A stretch of 64,000 nt of DNA from Planctomycetia bacterium (GTDB lineage Bacteria; Planctomycetota; Planctomycetia; Pirellulales; UBA1268), in assembly GCA_037129475.1 (NCBI GenBank), contig JBAXUY010000004.1:2111-66110 (forward strand), read 5' to 3'. The notes below the pieces were generated by a model. It did no database searches. It was not told the origin of the DNA and saw only the letters and a program-made list of their open reading frames with translations. Below are positions 1 to 9,300 of the stretch, piece after piece. The translations under genes were made by a program, and so were the position numbers. Position 1 is the stretch's first letter. The number at the start of each line of letters is the position of its first letter.

Positions 1-1258
1 ACCGGTAGTCGATGCCGACGATCGGCCGCCCCTGGGCGTCGAGCATCGCTCCGGGCATGCCGGGCTGCATGCCGAATTCGCCTGGGCCAAACCCGGGCCC
101 ACCCGGGCCTCCGGGACCGAATTCGCCGCCGGGCGGCCCGAAGCCAGGACCCGCGCCCGGCTGCTGGCCAGGCAGGATCGGCGCCACCTGCTCCGCCTGC
201 TCGGCCGCCAGCCGTGCCTGCTCTTCGAGCTGCTCCTTGAACTTGGCCACGAACCACGGATGGATCGCCTCGAGGCCCCAGGGATCAGCCGCCAACGCGG
301 GCAGCGGGCTGCAGTATCCGAATGCCGCGCCGGGGTTCTGTTCGGCCGAGAGCATGAATCCCGCCGGCAGTTGCTCCCCCTGCACGCCGGCCCACTGCTT
401 GGCGGCCTCGTTGAAAAACTGTTTGAGGTCGATCCGCTTCCAGTCCTCGCGCCCGTTCGGCGTCACCACCATGCGCTCCACGAGGTAGTCGCTCCAGAGT
501 GGCACGTCGCGCTGCGGATCGCGCAGGCCCGCCTGGGCGTAGCGGTCTTGGTAGTCGCCGATCTGCTTGGCGAAGGGAATGAGGCCCGTGACCACGCAGT
601 AGGGCACGAGCCGGCCGCGCACCCCCGGAGCGCCGGGCGCGCCCGCCATTCCGGGCATCATCATGTCCGGCGGCATCATGCCGGGTCCGAACTCGCTGAA
701 CCCCGGCGGCAAGGCCGGCATTCCGGCCTGGCCTTTCTGATCTTTCTTGCGCCGCCGCTTCGTGCCCCCGGGCTGCCCGTCGGCGCCCTCCGGTGCATCG
801 ACGTCGGCCGGGTTGCGGCCGAGCGCGGCATCGGCCGGTCGCTCCGGCATGAAAGCGACCCCGGCCACGGCCCGCAGTTCCTCGATCGGAAACACGTCCG
901 GCTTCGAGCGCTTCGACTTCTCCTCGAAGAGCGGCTTGTTGAGGAGCGCCACCGGCGGCGCCTGCTGCACCTCCGGGGCTCGCCAGGGTTCGATCGACTT
1001 CGAGAGGTTGGAGCGCCGTATCTCCTCGGCCGGAGGCGTCTTCACGGCCAGGATGTGGGTGGCCGCGCGGCCGGCCTGCTCCTCGATCACGCCCGGCTGC
1101 TGATCACGACTCGCGGCCTGCGTGCGGGCGGCGCTCACGCCTGCCCACACGAGACCGCAGGCGATCGCCGCGACGATCCCCACGCCGATCTTCTCGCCGT
1201 GGGCGAGCAGAAACCCGACGATCGCATCCTTGTCGAAACTGATGCTGGGCCGCTTCAT
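1..1258 (-). CDS. Membrane-anchored Gly/Pro/Met-rich protein, 3' end cut by window edge (fourth gene of the mraZ/PilMN string)
   Basis: Absent from the ORF track because it has no stop inside the window. Hand translation of the minus strand from the ATG at 1258 gives MKRPSISFDKDAIVGFLLAHGEKIGVGIVAAIACGLVWAG... with no stop down to nt 1. The ATG overlaps the TGA of the upstream gene (ATGA, 1255-1258). A globular-looking core (VVTGLIPFAKQIGDYQDRYAQAGLRDPQRDVPLWSDYLVERMVV) is flanked by PGM/GPG low-complexity runs. Confidence 0.6.
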   Translation of the reverse strand, partial: MKRPSISFDKDAIVGFLLAHGEKIGVGIVAAIACGLVWAGVSAARTQAASRDQQPGVIEEQAGRAATHILAVKTPPAEEIRRSNLSKSIEPWRAPEVQQAPPVALLNKPLFEEKSKRSKPDVFPIEELRAVAGVAFMPERPADAALGRNPADVDAPEGADGQPGGTKRRRKKDQKGQAGMPALPPGFSEFGPGMMPPDMMMPGMAGAPGAPGVRGRLVPYCVVTGLIPFAKQIGDYQDRYAQAGLRDPQRDVPLWSDYLVERMVVTPNGREDWKRIDLKQFFNEAAKQWAGVQGEQLPAGFMLSAEQNPGAAFGYCSPLPALAADPWGLEAIHPWFVAKFKEQLEEQARLAAEQAEQVAPILPGQQPGAGPGFGPPGGEFGPGGPGGPGFGPGEFGMQPGMPGAMLDAQGRPIVGIDYR

Positions 1259-2757
1259 GCCGGATTGCCTCCCGCGTTCGCTGGCGCGGCCTCAGGCTCC
1301 GCCGCAGGTTGTGCGTCGGCCTCGGGCGCGGCTGCGTCGCCCGCATCGTCGGACGCCGCTTCGAGGCCGAGCACCTGTGGATCGGGCTGGGTGGCCAGCC
1401 CCACGGTGCCGCGCAATTCCACCGTCACGTCATGCAGCCGGCTGCCCGGTGGCTGCGCCGACGGTCCGCCAAACTCGCCGCCCGCCGGCCCCATGCCCGG
1501 CATGCCGCTTCCCGGCCCCGTGGCACCCGCGTTGATCCGCACCTGACGCACGTCGATCGGCACCGGCGCCGTCGCGAGATCGACGAGCAACGCATCGAGC
1601 TTCCGCTCGTCGACGATGGCCCGAATCACGAACGGCACGAGATGCACGAGCTGCGCATCGGGCGAGGTGGCGAGCTCCGCAGCCATGAGCGGCTTGCCGG
1701 TGAAATCGACGTAGATCCAGCTGCGGAGCAGATCGTCGGGAGAGACCGCGCCCTCGGGCGGTGCCTCGCCTCCCGGGCCGAACGGCGGGCCGCCGGGTCC
1801 TCCCACCCCGCCGCCGACAAACCGTGGATGAGCCGGCCGCACCGCCGGACCACCCTCCGCCATCATGGCTTCGGGCGGAGGGGCGAACTCACCCATCGGG
1901 TTCGCCTGGCCGGCCGCCATCGGCACCGCGATCCGGCCGCCGGCGGCGGCCCCGGGGTTGTCCTCGGCTGCGGGATAGCCCACTGCGAGTTGCTCCACGA
2001 GCGGAACCGGCGCGTTGTAGGCGCCCGCGGCCGACTTGTTCACCCGGGCGATCGCATCGGCGAGCACTCCGTACACCCAGAGCTCTTCCTGGGCCAGCAG
2101 CACCTGCACGGTCGACGGCGGCCTGTCCCAATTGAAGCTCGCGTAGAGCCGCTGCTGGTCGGCGGGATTCCACTGCACGATCGCGGCGGGCTTCTCGGGC
2201 ACGCCCGGCCGTCCGCGCACCATGCCCGGCTCGATCATCCCGGGTGGCGGCCCCATCGGCTGTCGCGGCCCGCCCGCGGCCCCGTCGACCATCATCTCGT
2301 CGGCTCCCATCCGGGCCGGCAGCGTGCGCACGAGCGCCCGCACGCTGTTTTGATACCGCTCGAGCAAGGGCCGGGGGAGCTTCGTCGCGGGCTTCAACGC
2401 CGTGACGCGCTGCACGAAATCGGGGCCGAGCGACGCCGGCCACACCCGCAACGGCTGCTGGCTTTCCCAAAACCGCTGCCACTCGGTGAGCGTCTCGCGC
2501 TTCACGCGGCGCGTCGCCTTGTCGATCTCGCTCGACCACGCGTCGTTGGGATGCGGCTGGATGCCGGTCACGCTCCGCACGGCCGAGAGCCGGCTGTCGA
2601 TCTGACTGCGGGCCGAAGCGATCTCGGCCGCCAGCTTGCCCCGGGCGAGGAACACCACGGGCAGCACCACCACCGGCACGAGCGCGAGCAGGATCCAGAA
2701 GTGGTGCTTCAGCGCCGCGTCGAGATACGGTCGCACGTTGTCGGGAATCTGGACCAT
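1255..2757 (-). CDS. Bitopic membrane protein in the PilO position (hypothetical), with Gly/Pro-rich segments
   Basis: 500-aa ORF lying 27 nt downstream of the PilMN fusion. It has an N-terminal TM helix (HHFWILLALVPVVVLPVVFLA) followed by a coiled segment, plus protein-like composition. The long plus-strand ORFs overlapping it look like antisense shadows. Confidence 0.7.
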   Translation of the reverse strand: MVQIPDNVRPYLDAALKHHFWILLALVPVVVLPVVFLARGKLAAEIASARSQIDSRLSAVRSVTGIQPHPNDAWSSEIDKATRRVKRETLTEWQRFWESQQPLRVWPASLGPDFVQRVTALKPATKLPRPLLERYQNSVRALVRTLPARMGADEMMVDGAAGGPRQPMGPPPGMIEPGMVRGRPGVPEKPAAIVQWNPADQQRLYASFNWDRPPSTVQVLLAQEELWVYGVLADAIARVNKSAAGAYNAPVPLVEQLAVGYPAAEDNPGAAAGGRIAVPMAAGQANPMGEFAPPPEAMMAEGGPAVRPAHPRFVGGGVGGPGGPPFGPGGEAPPEGAVSPDDLLRSWIYVDFTGKPLMAAELATSPDAQLVHLVPFVIRAIVDERKLDALLVDLATAPVPIDVRQVRINAGATGPGSGMPGMGPAGGEFGGPSAQPPGSRLHDVTVELRGTVGLATQPDPQVLGLEAASDDAGDAAAPEADAQPAAEPEAAPANAGGNPA

Positions 2758-2784
2758 GGTTCCGGTGGCCGCGTCGGGCCGTTG

Positions 2785-4890
2785 TCAGTTGCCTTCGGGA
2801 GCCGGCGGGGGAGGCGATGCGGGTGGCTTCGGCGCACCTGGCGACACGGGCTGCCAGCAAAACTGCAGCGTGAAGTCGAAGCGCCGGAGCGTCAACTCGA
2901 GGTCTTCCGGCTGGACGGCCCCTGGAAACAAGTCGGGCCGCTGTGCCGCCGGCTCGCCCGGCTGGGCGGCGCCTTCCTTGGGCACGCGCACGGTCCTCAC
3001 CGGAGAGGATGCCACGATCACGGGATAGCCGATGCCGAGTTCCTTCACGGGCACCGTCTGGCCGGCCAGCGGACCGGCCGACACGACCGCCTCGTCCCCT
3101 TCCCCGAGGAGCCCTTTCACGATCGTCGACCGCACGAACTGCGCCGCCTCGTCGGGCTTGTGATGATCTTCGTTGTGGTAGTGATAGCCGATCAGTTGCA
3201 CCACCCAGCCGGGGCCGGTCGGGCCCGACGCGGCAGGCGCGGCACCGTCGGCGCCGGCTTCAGCGGCCACGGGTGGCGCCGCCTCGCCTTCCGCCGGTGC
3301 CTCTGCGGCACCGGCCTCCCCGGTTTCGTCCGTCGCGTGGGTCTCGGCCCACTGCTGCTGCACGCGATCGAACCACACCTTCAGATCGGGAAAGTATTGG
3401 CAGTCGAGCGCCGTGATGTGCAGTTCGTTGCGGTCGGCCGGGCTGTCCGGAACCTTGCCCGCGGCGTCGCGCGGCAGGAGCGACTGCACGGCCCGCAGCA
3501 TGTCGAGCGACTGGAAGCGGCGATCCTCCACCTCGAGCAGGGCCCGCTGCTGCACGATCGCGGCGTCGCGCTTCTGCCGCACCTCGTCGAGCGCCGAGAC
3601 GGCCGCCTGCGACTGCGTCTTCACACCGTCGGCGCGGGCGAAGGCGCTCGCGTAGAGGTTCGGCGCGAACGACGTCCACGCGAAGAACATGCCGATGAAG
3701 CTGATCGCCGCCGCGGCGAGCAGGCCGACTCCCGCCCCGAGCGCCCACGGCTTCTTCGCCTCGACGATCCGTTCCTGGAGGATCTCGCGCGGCAGCAGGT
3801 TCGTGCGGATGCCCGGGGCGCCCGACCCTTCGAGCGCGAGGCCGTAGGCAGTGCCGAAGGCGAGGCGGTTCTCCCGGAACGCCGGCGCGCCGAGCACGCC
3901 GGGCCCTTCGAGGCCGCGAAACGTCTCGAGCCGCTGCACGTCGAGGCCGAGCTGCTTGCCGACGAAGTCGGTGAGGCCGCGGAGCTTGGTGGCGTTGCCG
4001 AGGAGCAGCACCTTGCCGATCGTCGCCGTGCGATCGGTGCCGGTGAAGTAGTTGAGCGACCGTTGCAGCTCGGCGGCAAACTCGTTGAACACCGGCCGCA
4101 TCACCTTGAACACGAGCTTCGGGTCTTCGGCCCTCGCCGCGTTGCGCTTGAGGTGCTCAGCCTTGGCGAACGTGAGCTTCATGCCCTGCACGAGCGCCTT
4201 GGTGAAGCTGCTGCCGCCGATCGGAATGCTGCGCTGCCAGATGCGCAGTCCGTTGGTGATCACGAGATCGGTGGCGTCGACGCCCATCGACACGAGCACG
4301 ATCGAGGCGGGAGGCTGGTCGGGGTCGACCGTCGTCGGATCGGGCAGCTGGTCGAACATCACCATGTTGGCCAGCGCGATCGGCGCGAGCTGGAGCACGT
4401 CCACCTCGATGCCGGCCTGGGTGAGCGGGGCGAGGGCCTTGTACACCTGCTCGCGCTTCATCGCGAACACGGCCACCTCGGCGTCGATGACGAAGCCGCC
4501 CTCCTCGATGCCGCCGGCGAGCCGCTGCCAATCCCACACCACCTGCTCGAGCGGAAATGGAATCTGCTGGCGGGCCTCGTACTTGACGATGTCGGGGATC
4601 TTCTTCGCCTCGATCGGCGGCAGCTTGATGAACTTCGCGAGGCCCGACTGCCCGGGCACCGACACGGCCACGCGGTCGCCCTTGAGTTCGTTGCGGCTCA
4701 GGAACTCCTGCAGGGCGGCCCGCACCAGTTCCACCGGATCGGCCTCCGGCTGCGTGAGCAGCATCGGATACTCGACATAGTCGAAGGCCTCAGCCGTCAC
4801 TTTCCGCGGCTCGGACGAGAGTCGACAGCGCACCGCCTTCAGCGCGCATTTGCCGATGTCGATGCCCCAACAGAACGGACTGCGAGCCAT
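2785..4890 (-). CDS. pilM: Type IV pilus assembly PilM-PilN fusion protein (actin-like ATPase fold + membrane anchor + long periplasmic tail)
   Basis: PilM-type motifs are present: FCWGIDIGKCALKAV, VSVPGQSGLAKFIKLPPIEAKKIPDIVKYEARQQIPFPLEQVVWDWQ, IPIGGSSFTKAL..AEHLKR and VLLLGNATKLRGLTDFV. These are followed by a PilN-like NLLPREILQERI and a TM helix, WALGAGVGLLAAAAISFIGMFFAW. Confidence 0.85.
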   Translation of the reverse strand: MARSPFCWGIDIGKCALKAVRCRLSSEPRKVTAEAFDYVEYPMLLTQPEADPVELVRAALQEFLSRNELKGDRVAVSVPGQSGLAKFIKLPPIEAKKIPDIVKYEARQQIPFPLEQVVWDWQRLAGGIEEGGFVIDAEVAVFAMKREQVYKALAPLTQAGIEVDVLQLAPIALANMVMFDQLPDPTTVDPDQPPASIVLVSMGVDATDLVITNGLRIWQRSIPIGGSSFTKALVQGMKLTFAKAEHLKRNAARAEDPKLVFKVMRPVFNEFAAELQRSLNYFTGTDRTATIGKVLLLGNATKLRGLTDFVGKQLGLDVQRLETFRGLEGPGVLGAPAFRENRLAFGTAYGLALEGSGAPGIRTNLLPREILQERIVEAKKPWALGAGVGLLAAAAISFIGMFFAWTSFAPNLYASAFARADGVKTQSQAAVSALDEVRQKRDAAIVQQRALLEVEDRRFQSLDMLRAVQSLLPRDAAGKVPDSPADRNELHITALDCQYFPDLKVWFDRVQQQWAETHATDETGEAGAAEAPAEGEAAPPVAAEAGADGAAPAASGPTGPGWVVQLIGYHYHNEDHHKPDEAAQFVRSTIVKGLLGEGDEAVVSAGPLAGQTVPVKELGIGYPVIVASSPVRTVRVPKEGAAQPGEPAAQRPDLFPGAVQPEDLELTLRRFDFTLQFCWQPVSPGAPKPPASPPPPAPEGN

Positions 4891-5156
4891 GGCCTGTTCC
4901 AGAAGGGAACGAACGGGCAGGTCGGTCGAACCAGCAACTCCCGATCTACCAACACTTTACGAACGGGCTGCGCGGGGTGTCAATTTGCCCGCACGGCGAG
5001 GCCGCTGGGGGCGATCACAAACGGAAGGGCCATGCCCGGAGGAGGTCCCTCGGCAGCATCCGTGCTCGTGGGGCCCGATCCGTGGCGTTCATTTTTCCTG
5101 ACCGGATGTCACCGACAGGTCAAACCGTTCCTCTCATCCGGGCATGGCCAAAACCG

Positions 5157-5642
5157 TCAGGCCGTGAGTTCGTCGATCCGTCGGCGAAACTCGGGCATCT
5201 CGCTCGTCACATAGGCCGACCAGGCGGCGGGCTGCCACAGCTCCACGCAGACAGCCGCCCCCACGACGAACAGCTCGCCCCCCGGCTCCACGCCGAGAAA
5301 CTCCCGGAATCCTTCCGGAACAACGAGCCGATCGCGGGCCGCGAGCGACACCACCTTGTGTCGCGTCGAAAGCAGCCGACCCAGGTCTTGAAGTTGGCCG
5401 ACCCGCTGCGCCAGCAGGCCGGCCTGAAGTTTGGTGCGCACCACGTCCACGGCCGCGTCGATACGGGGCTTCCACACGGCCGCCGGCCAGAGCGAGAGAC
5501 AGCCGGCCCGCTCCTTGGCGAGCACGAGTTTCGGCCCGGCGGCAAGCAGCGGCGTGGCCACTTCGGGCGGAATGGCCAGCCGAAACCGCTCGTCGAGCGT
5601 GCGGGCGAATTCGCCAATCAAGAGGTCGGCTGCTGCGGGCAT
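5157..5642 (-). CDS. mraZ: MraZ-like transcriptional regulator (two SpoVT/AbrB-type half domains)
   Basis: It carries two half domains, LIGEFARTLDERFRLAIPPEV and VSLAARDRLVVPEGFREFLGVEPGGELFVVGAAVCVELW. The track ORF extends to 5711, but the ATG at 5642 (MPAAADLLIGEF) gives a MraZ-sized 161-aa product. Confidence 0.7.
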   Translation of the reverse strand: MPAAADLLIGEFARTLDERFRLAIPPEVATPLLAAGPKLVLAKERAGCLSLWPAAVWKPRIDAAVDVVRTKLQAGLLAQRVGQLQDLGRLLSTRHKVVSLAARDRLVVPEGFREFLGVEPGGELFVVGAAVCVELWQPAAWSAYVTSEMPEFRRRIDELTA

Positions 5643-5672
5643 GACTCGTCTGCGGCCGGTCCATCCGTGGCT

Positions 5673-5741
5673 GCCCAATCGATTCGGGCTAAAAACCCAC
5701 GAGCCACTCATTGTGACTCATAAAAAAGGGCCGTCAACCCA
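5673..5741 (-). promoter_or_regulatory. Three same-orientation TGGGN boxes upstream of the mraZ-like gene (candidate MraZ operator)
   Basis: Minus-strand TGGGT sits at 5741-5737 and 5699-5695, and TGGGC at 5677-5673 (spacings 42 and 22 nt). A TTGACG -35-like hexamer follows the first box. Such short motifs are frequent by chance in GC-rich DNA. Confidence 0.2.
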
Positions 5742-5782
5742 CGGGCGAAGAGTCTAGCCGGGGTCGCGGGCTTTGAAAAGGA

Positions 5783-5901
5783 GCGGCGGAGCTCCAGCCC
5801 TGTCGTTGCCTCGTAGCGACGGAGCTCCAGCCCTGTCCTTGCCTCGTAGCGACGGAGCTCCAGCTCTGTCGTTGCCGACAGGCCTGGAGGCCTGTCGCTA
5901 C
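5783..5901 (-). repeat. REP/BIME-like cluster: three B-type units (GTAGCGACGGAGCTCCAGC[C/T]CTGTC) plus one A-type unit in reverse orientation (CGACAGGCCTGGAGGCCTGTCGCTAC)
   Basis: The palindromic units were read directly from the sequence. The terminal CTAC of the A unit (5898-5901) contains the TAG stop of the lipoprotein gene on the minus strand. Confidence 0.9.
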
Positions 5902-6152
5902 TTCACCTCGGCCAACTCTTTTTTGTAGGCCTTGAGCGCGGCGGCTTCCTTCGAGAGTTTGAACTCGGGGCCGGCCGGGAAGTATTGAATGTCGTCCTGC
6001 AGGTAGTAGGCGCTGGGCAGCGTCTGGCCGCCCACGTCCACCTGGCACCCGGTCAGCGAGAGCCCGGCCAGGCCGAGGGCGGCGAGCCCCATGATGCGGG
6101 CCGACGTGACGGCGATTTTCGAAGGACTGATGGTCATCGGCGACTGACGCAT
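5898..6152 (-). CDS. Small lipoprotein (84 aa)
   Basis: This is the C-terminal part of track ORF 5898..6674: MRQSPMTISPSKIAVTSARIMGLAALGLAGLSLTGCQVD..., with a lipobox LTGC after a hydrophobic signal. The longer N-terminal extension has shadow-like composition. Confidence 0.6.
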   Translation of the reverse strand: MRQSPMTISPSKIAVTSARIMGLAALGLAGLSLTGCQVDVGGQTLPSAYYLQDDIQYFPAGPEFKLSKEAAALKAYKKELAEVK

Positions 6153-6387
6153 GGCAGCGGTTCCTGCGTGAGGTTCGAGAGAGGTATCGGCCGTCACGAC
6201 CGGAAAACTTTGGGAAACCGCTACAACCGGACCGCAGCAGCAGCCCAAATCGCCCAACCTTCCCACTCTGGAGCGGCAGATTGGCAATCTGCCGTGTCGG
6301 CCGCCGTGTGCAGACTGCCAGTCTGCACCTACAAAAGCGGGTGCGTCGGCTCCACAGCCCCGCGCTCCTTTCCGGTACAACGACGTC

Positions 6388-9300
6388 ATGTTTCGCCGTG
6401 CCGTCTGCGTGCCGTGCCTGCTGTCGGCGGTGATCTTCGTTGCGCTGCCGTCCAGCGCCCGTTCGCAGATCGTGCTCCAGCCGGGCCTGGGAGGCGTGCA
6501 GGGCGGCCGCACGGTGCCCACCGCGGGGTACGACGCAGCGCTTGTCGCACTCGCAGCCGGCGACTTCGCCAGCGGCCTCGAGATCGCCTCGCAGGAGTAT
6601 CGCGGTGGCATCCGCGCGGGCGCCCAGCGCTGGATCGATTCGATCGCCGCGGCGATGGCAGTGGGCGAGGCCAACTACGAGCTCGGCCGCTTCCGTGAGG
6701 CGATCGCCGCCTACGACGAGGCGCTCCTGCTCTGGGCCACCTACGGCGACTGGCTGCTCGCCGTGCAGTTTCCGCAGCAACCGCTGCGCGGGCTCGCGCA
6801 GCAGCGGGTTGCCACGTGGGGCCGCAGCCAGCGCACCACCGCGCCCGCGGCGATCCCCGATCCGCTCACGATTCGCCAGGGTGGCGCCGACCCGCAGCAG
6901 GTGCTCAAGCAGGGCGGCGTGCTCACGTCCCCGGCCGATTATCCGATCCGGCCGCAGGAGATCGTGCGCAGCCTCGTGATCTCGCTCTATCGGCGTGCCG
7001 AGATCCTCGGCGAGCTGGCCCGCGACGGCGCCGCGCTCGACGATGCCGCGAAGGCGCTGATCCGTCGCCCCGCGCCGCCCAACCACTGGTCGCAGTCGTG
7101 GATCGACGTGTCGCTCGGCGTCGCATATTGGGCGCAAGGCAAGGCCGACCAGGCCACGCCGCTGTTGAACCGCGGCCTGATCGCGGCCAACCAGTTCGAC
7201 CACCCGCTCACGTCGTGGGGCTTGATTGTGCTCGGCCGGATCGCGCTCGACGCCGACCAGCCTGCCGCGGCGCTCAAGTATTTCGAGGAGGCGACCTACA
7301 CCGCCGCCGACTACGGCGATGCGCGGGCGCTCGAGGAGGCCTTTCGCCTGGCGTTCACCGCGCACATGGCTGCAGGCACCGGCGCGATGCCGCCCGCCTT
7401 CGGCCTGGCGAGCGAGTGGGCCCGAGCCAATCTGCCGGCCATGCGGGCCCGCCTGCTCGCGATGCAGGCCGAGGGCCTCGCCGTCGCCGGCAACCTCAAG
7501 GCCGCGTCGGCCGCGCTCGACGAGATCGACGGCCGGCTGCTCCGCGGCGATTTCGGCCGGGGCACGTGCGGCATCCAGGCCGCCTACGCTGCGGCGCTCG
7601 TCGCCTATCGCTCGGGCGAGATTGCCTCCGGCGACACGCAGCTCGACCGCGCGCTCTCCCTGGCGCAGCCCCGCACGCCGAAGCTCTTCCAGACCGCGCG
7701 GCTCGTCGAGCTCGTGATGGGCGGTGCGACGACGATCTCCGACCGTCAGGCCGACGCTCTGTTCACGAAACTCCTCGGCGATCCCGCGCCGCGCGACTTC
7801 ACGCTCGATCCGGTCGGCACGCTCGCCACGATGTCGGCGCCGCGCCGCGAGGCGTTCGAGGCCTGGCTCGCCCCCGCGTCGCGCCGCGGCCACGATGCCT
7901 TCCTCGCCGCTGGAGAAGCCCGGCTCCGCAGCCACTGGCTCTCGTCCCAGCCGCTCGGCGGCCGGCGCACGGCGCTCGAAACGCTCGCGGGTGCAGCCCC
8001 CGAAGTGCTGCCGCGAGCCGCTGCCGCCCGCCGTGCCGCGCTTCTCGCCCGTCATCCCGATTTCGCCCGCGTGCTCGACGAGGCGGCGAAGCAGCGGCCT
8101 GCGCTCATCGCCGCGCTCGCGGCGCCCGCCGGCGGCCCGGCGCAAGACGTAGGCTGGGATTCCTACGCAGCGCTCGGGCGGCAGCAGCGCCAGTTCATCG
8201 CGGCGCTCGCCGCCAGTCGTGAGCCGACCACGCTCGACTTCCCTCCGCTCGATGCCCCTGCCGACGTCCGGCGTCGCCTCCCCGACCGGCATCTCATCCT
8301 GTCGTTTCAGTGGACGGCGGCCGGCCTTGCGGGGTTTCTCGAATCGAACGCCCGCGTGGCCACGTGGCAGATCAAGCGACCGGTGGCGCTCGCCAAGGAG
8401 ATCGCGGGCCTCACCAAGGCGATCGGCATCGTCGACGCCGTGGCGCCGGTCTCCACCGAGCGCATGCTCGAGACCGAGTGGCCCGCCGCGGCCGAGCGGG
8501 TGGAGCGGCTGCTCTTCGAAAACTCGAAGGTCTCGCTCGGGTCCGGCGTCGAAGAACTCGTGATCGTGCCCGACGGTCTGCTCTGGTATCTGCCGTTCGA
8601 GCTGTTGCCCGTGGGCTCGGCCCGCGAGGTGGCCGTCGACGATCCGGCCGCGGGAAGCGCCGGCCCGCGCGCGCTGCTGCGCGACGCCTGCCGCATCCGC
8701 TACGCACCCACCCGCAGCCTGGCGGTGCGCCGGTTCGAGCCGGCGGCCGTCGACGGCATGCTCGGCGTTCAGGCGGTGCGGCCGTTCCGGGGCGATCGAC
8801 CCGAGGTCGGTGCCGCGGTCACGGCCCGGTTTGCGGAGGCGTTCGACAGGGTCGTGTCGCTCTCCGCCGCAGGCTCGGCCGCACTTGCCGCCTCGCTCTG
8901 TGATCGGCTCGTGCTCGCCGACGAACTCGTGGGCGACGGCCCGATCGCCGAGCGGCCGCTCGCTGTGAACGTGTCGGGCAAGCCCGGGTTCACGTTTGGC
9001 GACTGGCTCTCCCCGCCGCCGAAGCGGCCGCAGCTCGTGATCGTGCCCGGGCTCCAAACGGAGATGGCCGACGGCCTCGCCAAGCTGCCGGCGCGGCCCG
9101 GCGACGACCTGTTCGTCGCGGCCACCGACCTGCTCGCCGCCGGGGCCACCACGGCCGTCGTGAGCCGGTGGCGCGTGGGGGGCAAACTCGCCGTCGATCT
9201 CGTCGAGGAGTTTCTGCGTGATCTGGACGTCGAGCCGGATGCCGACGACGAAGCGCCGCAGGTCCGATCGCGGGTCGCCGCGAGCTGGCAGCGGGCGGTC

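Noticed and set aside
1309-5214. 1301-aa plus-strand ORF spanning the PilMN region.
   Set aside because: Its composition is Arg/His/Gly/Leu-rich and has no motifs. It lies antisense to three minus-strand ORFs that have clear family signatures. This is a typical high-GC antisense shadow ORF.
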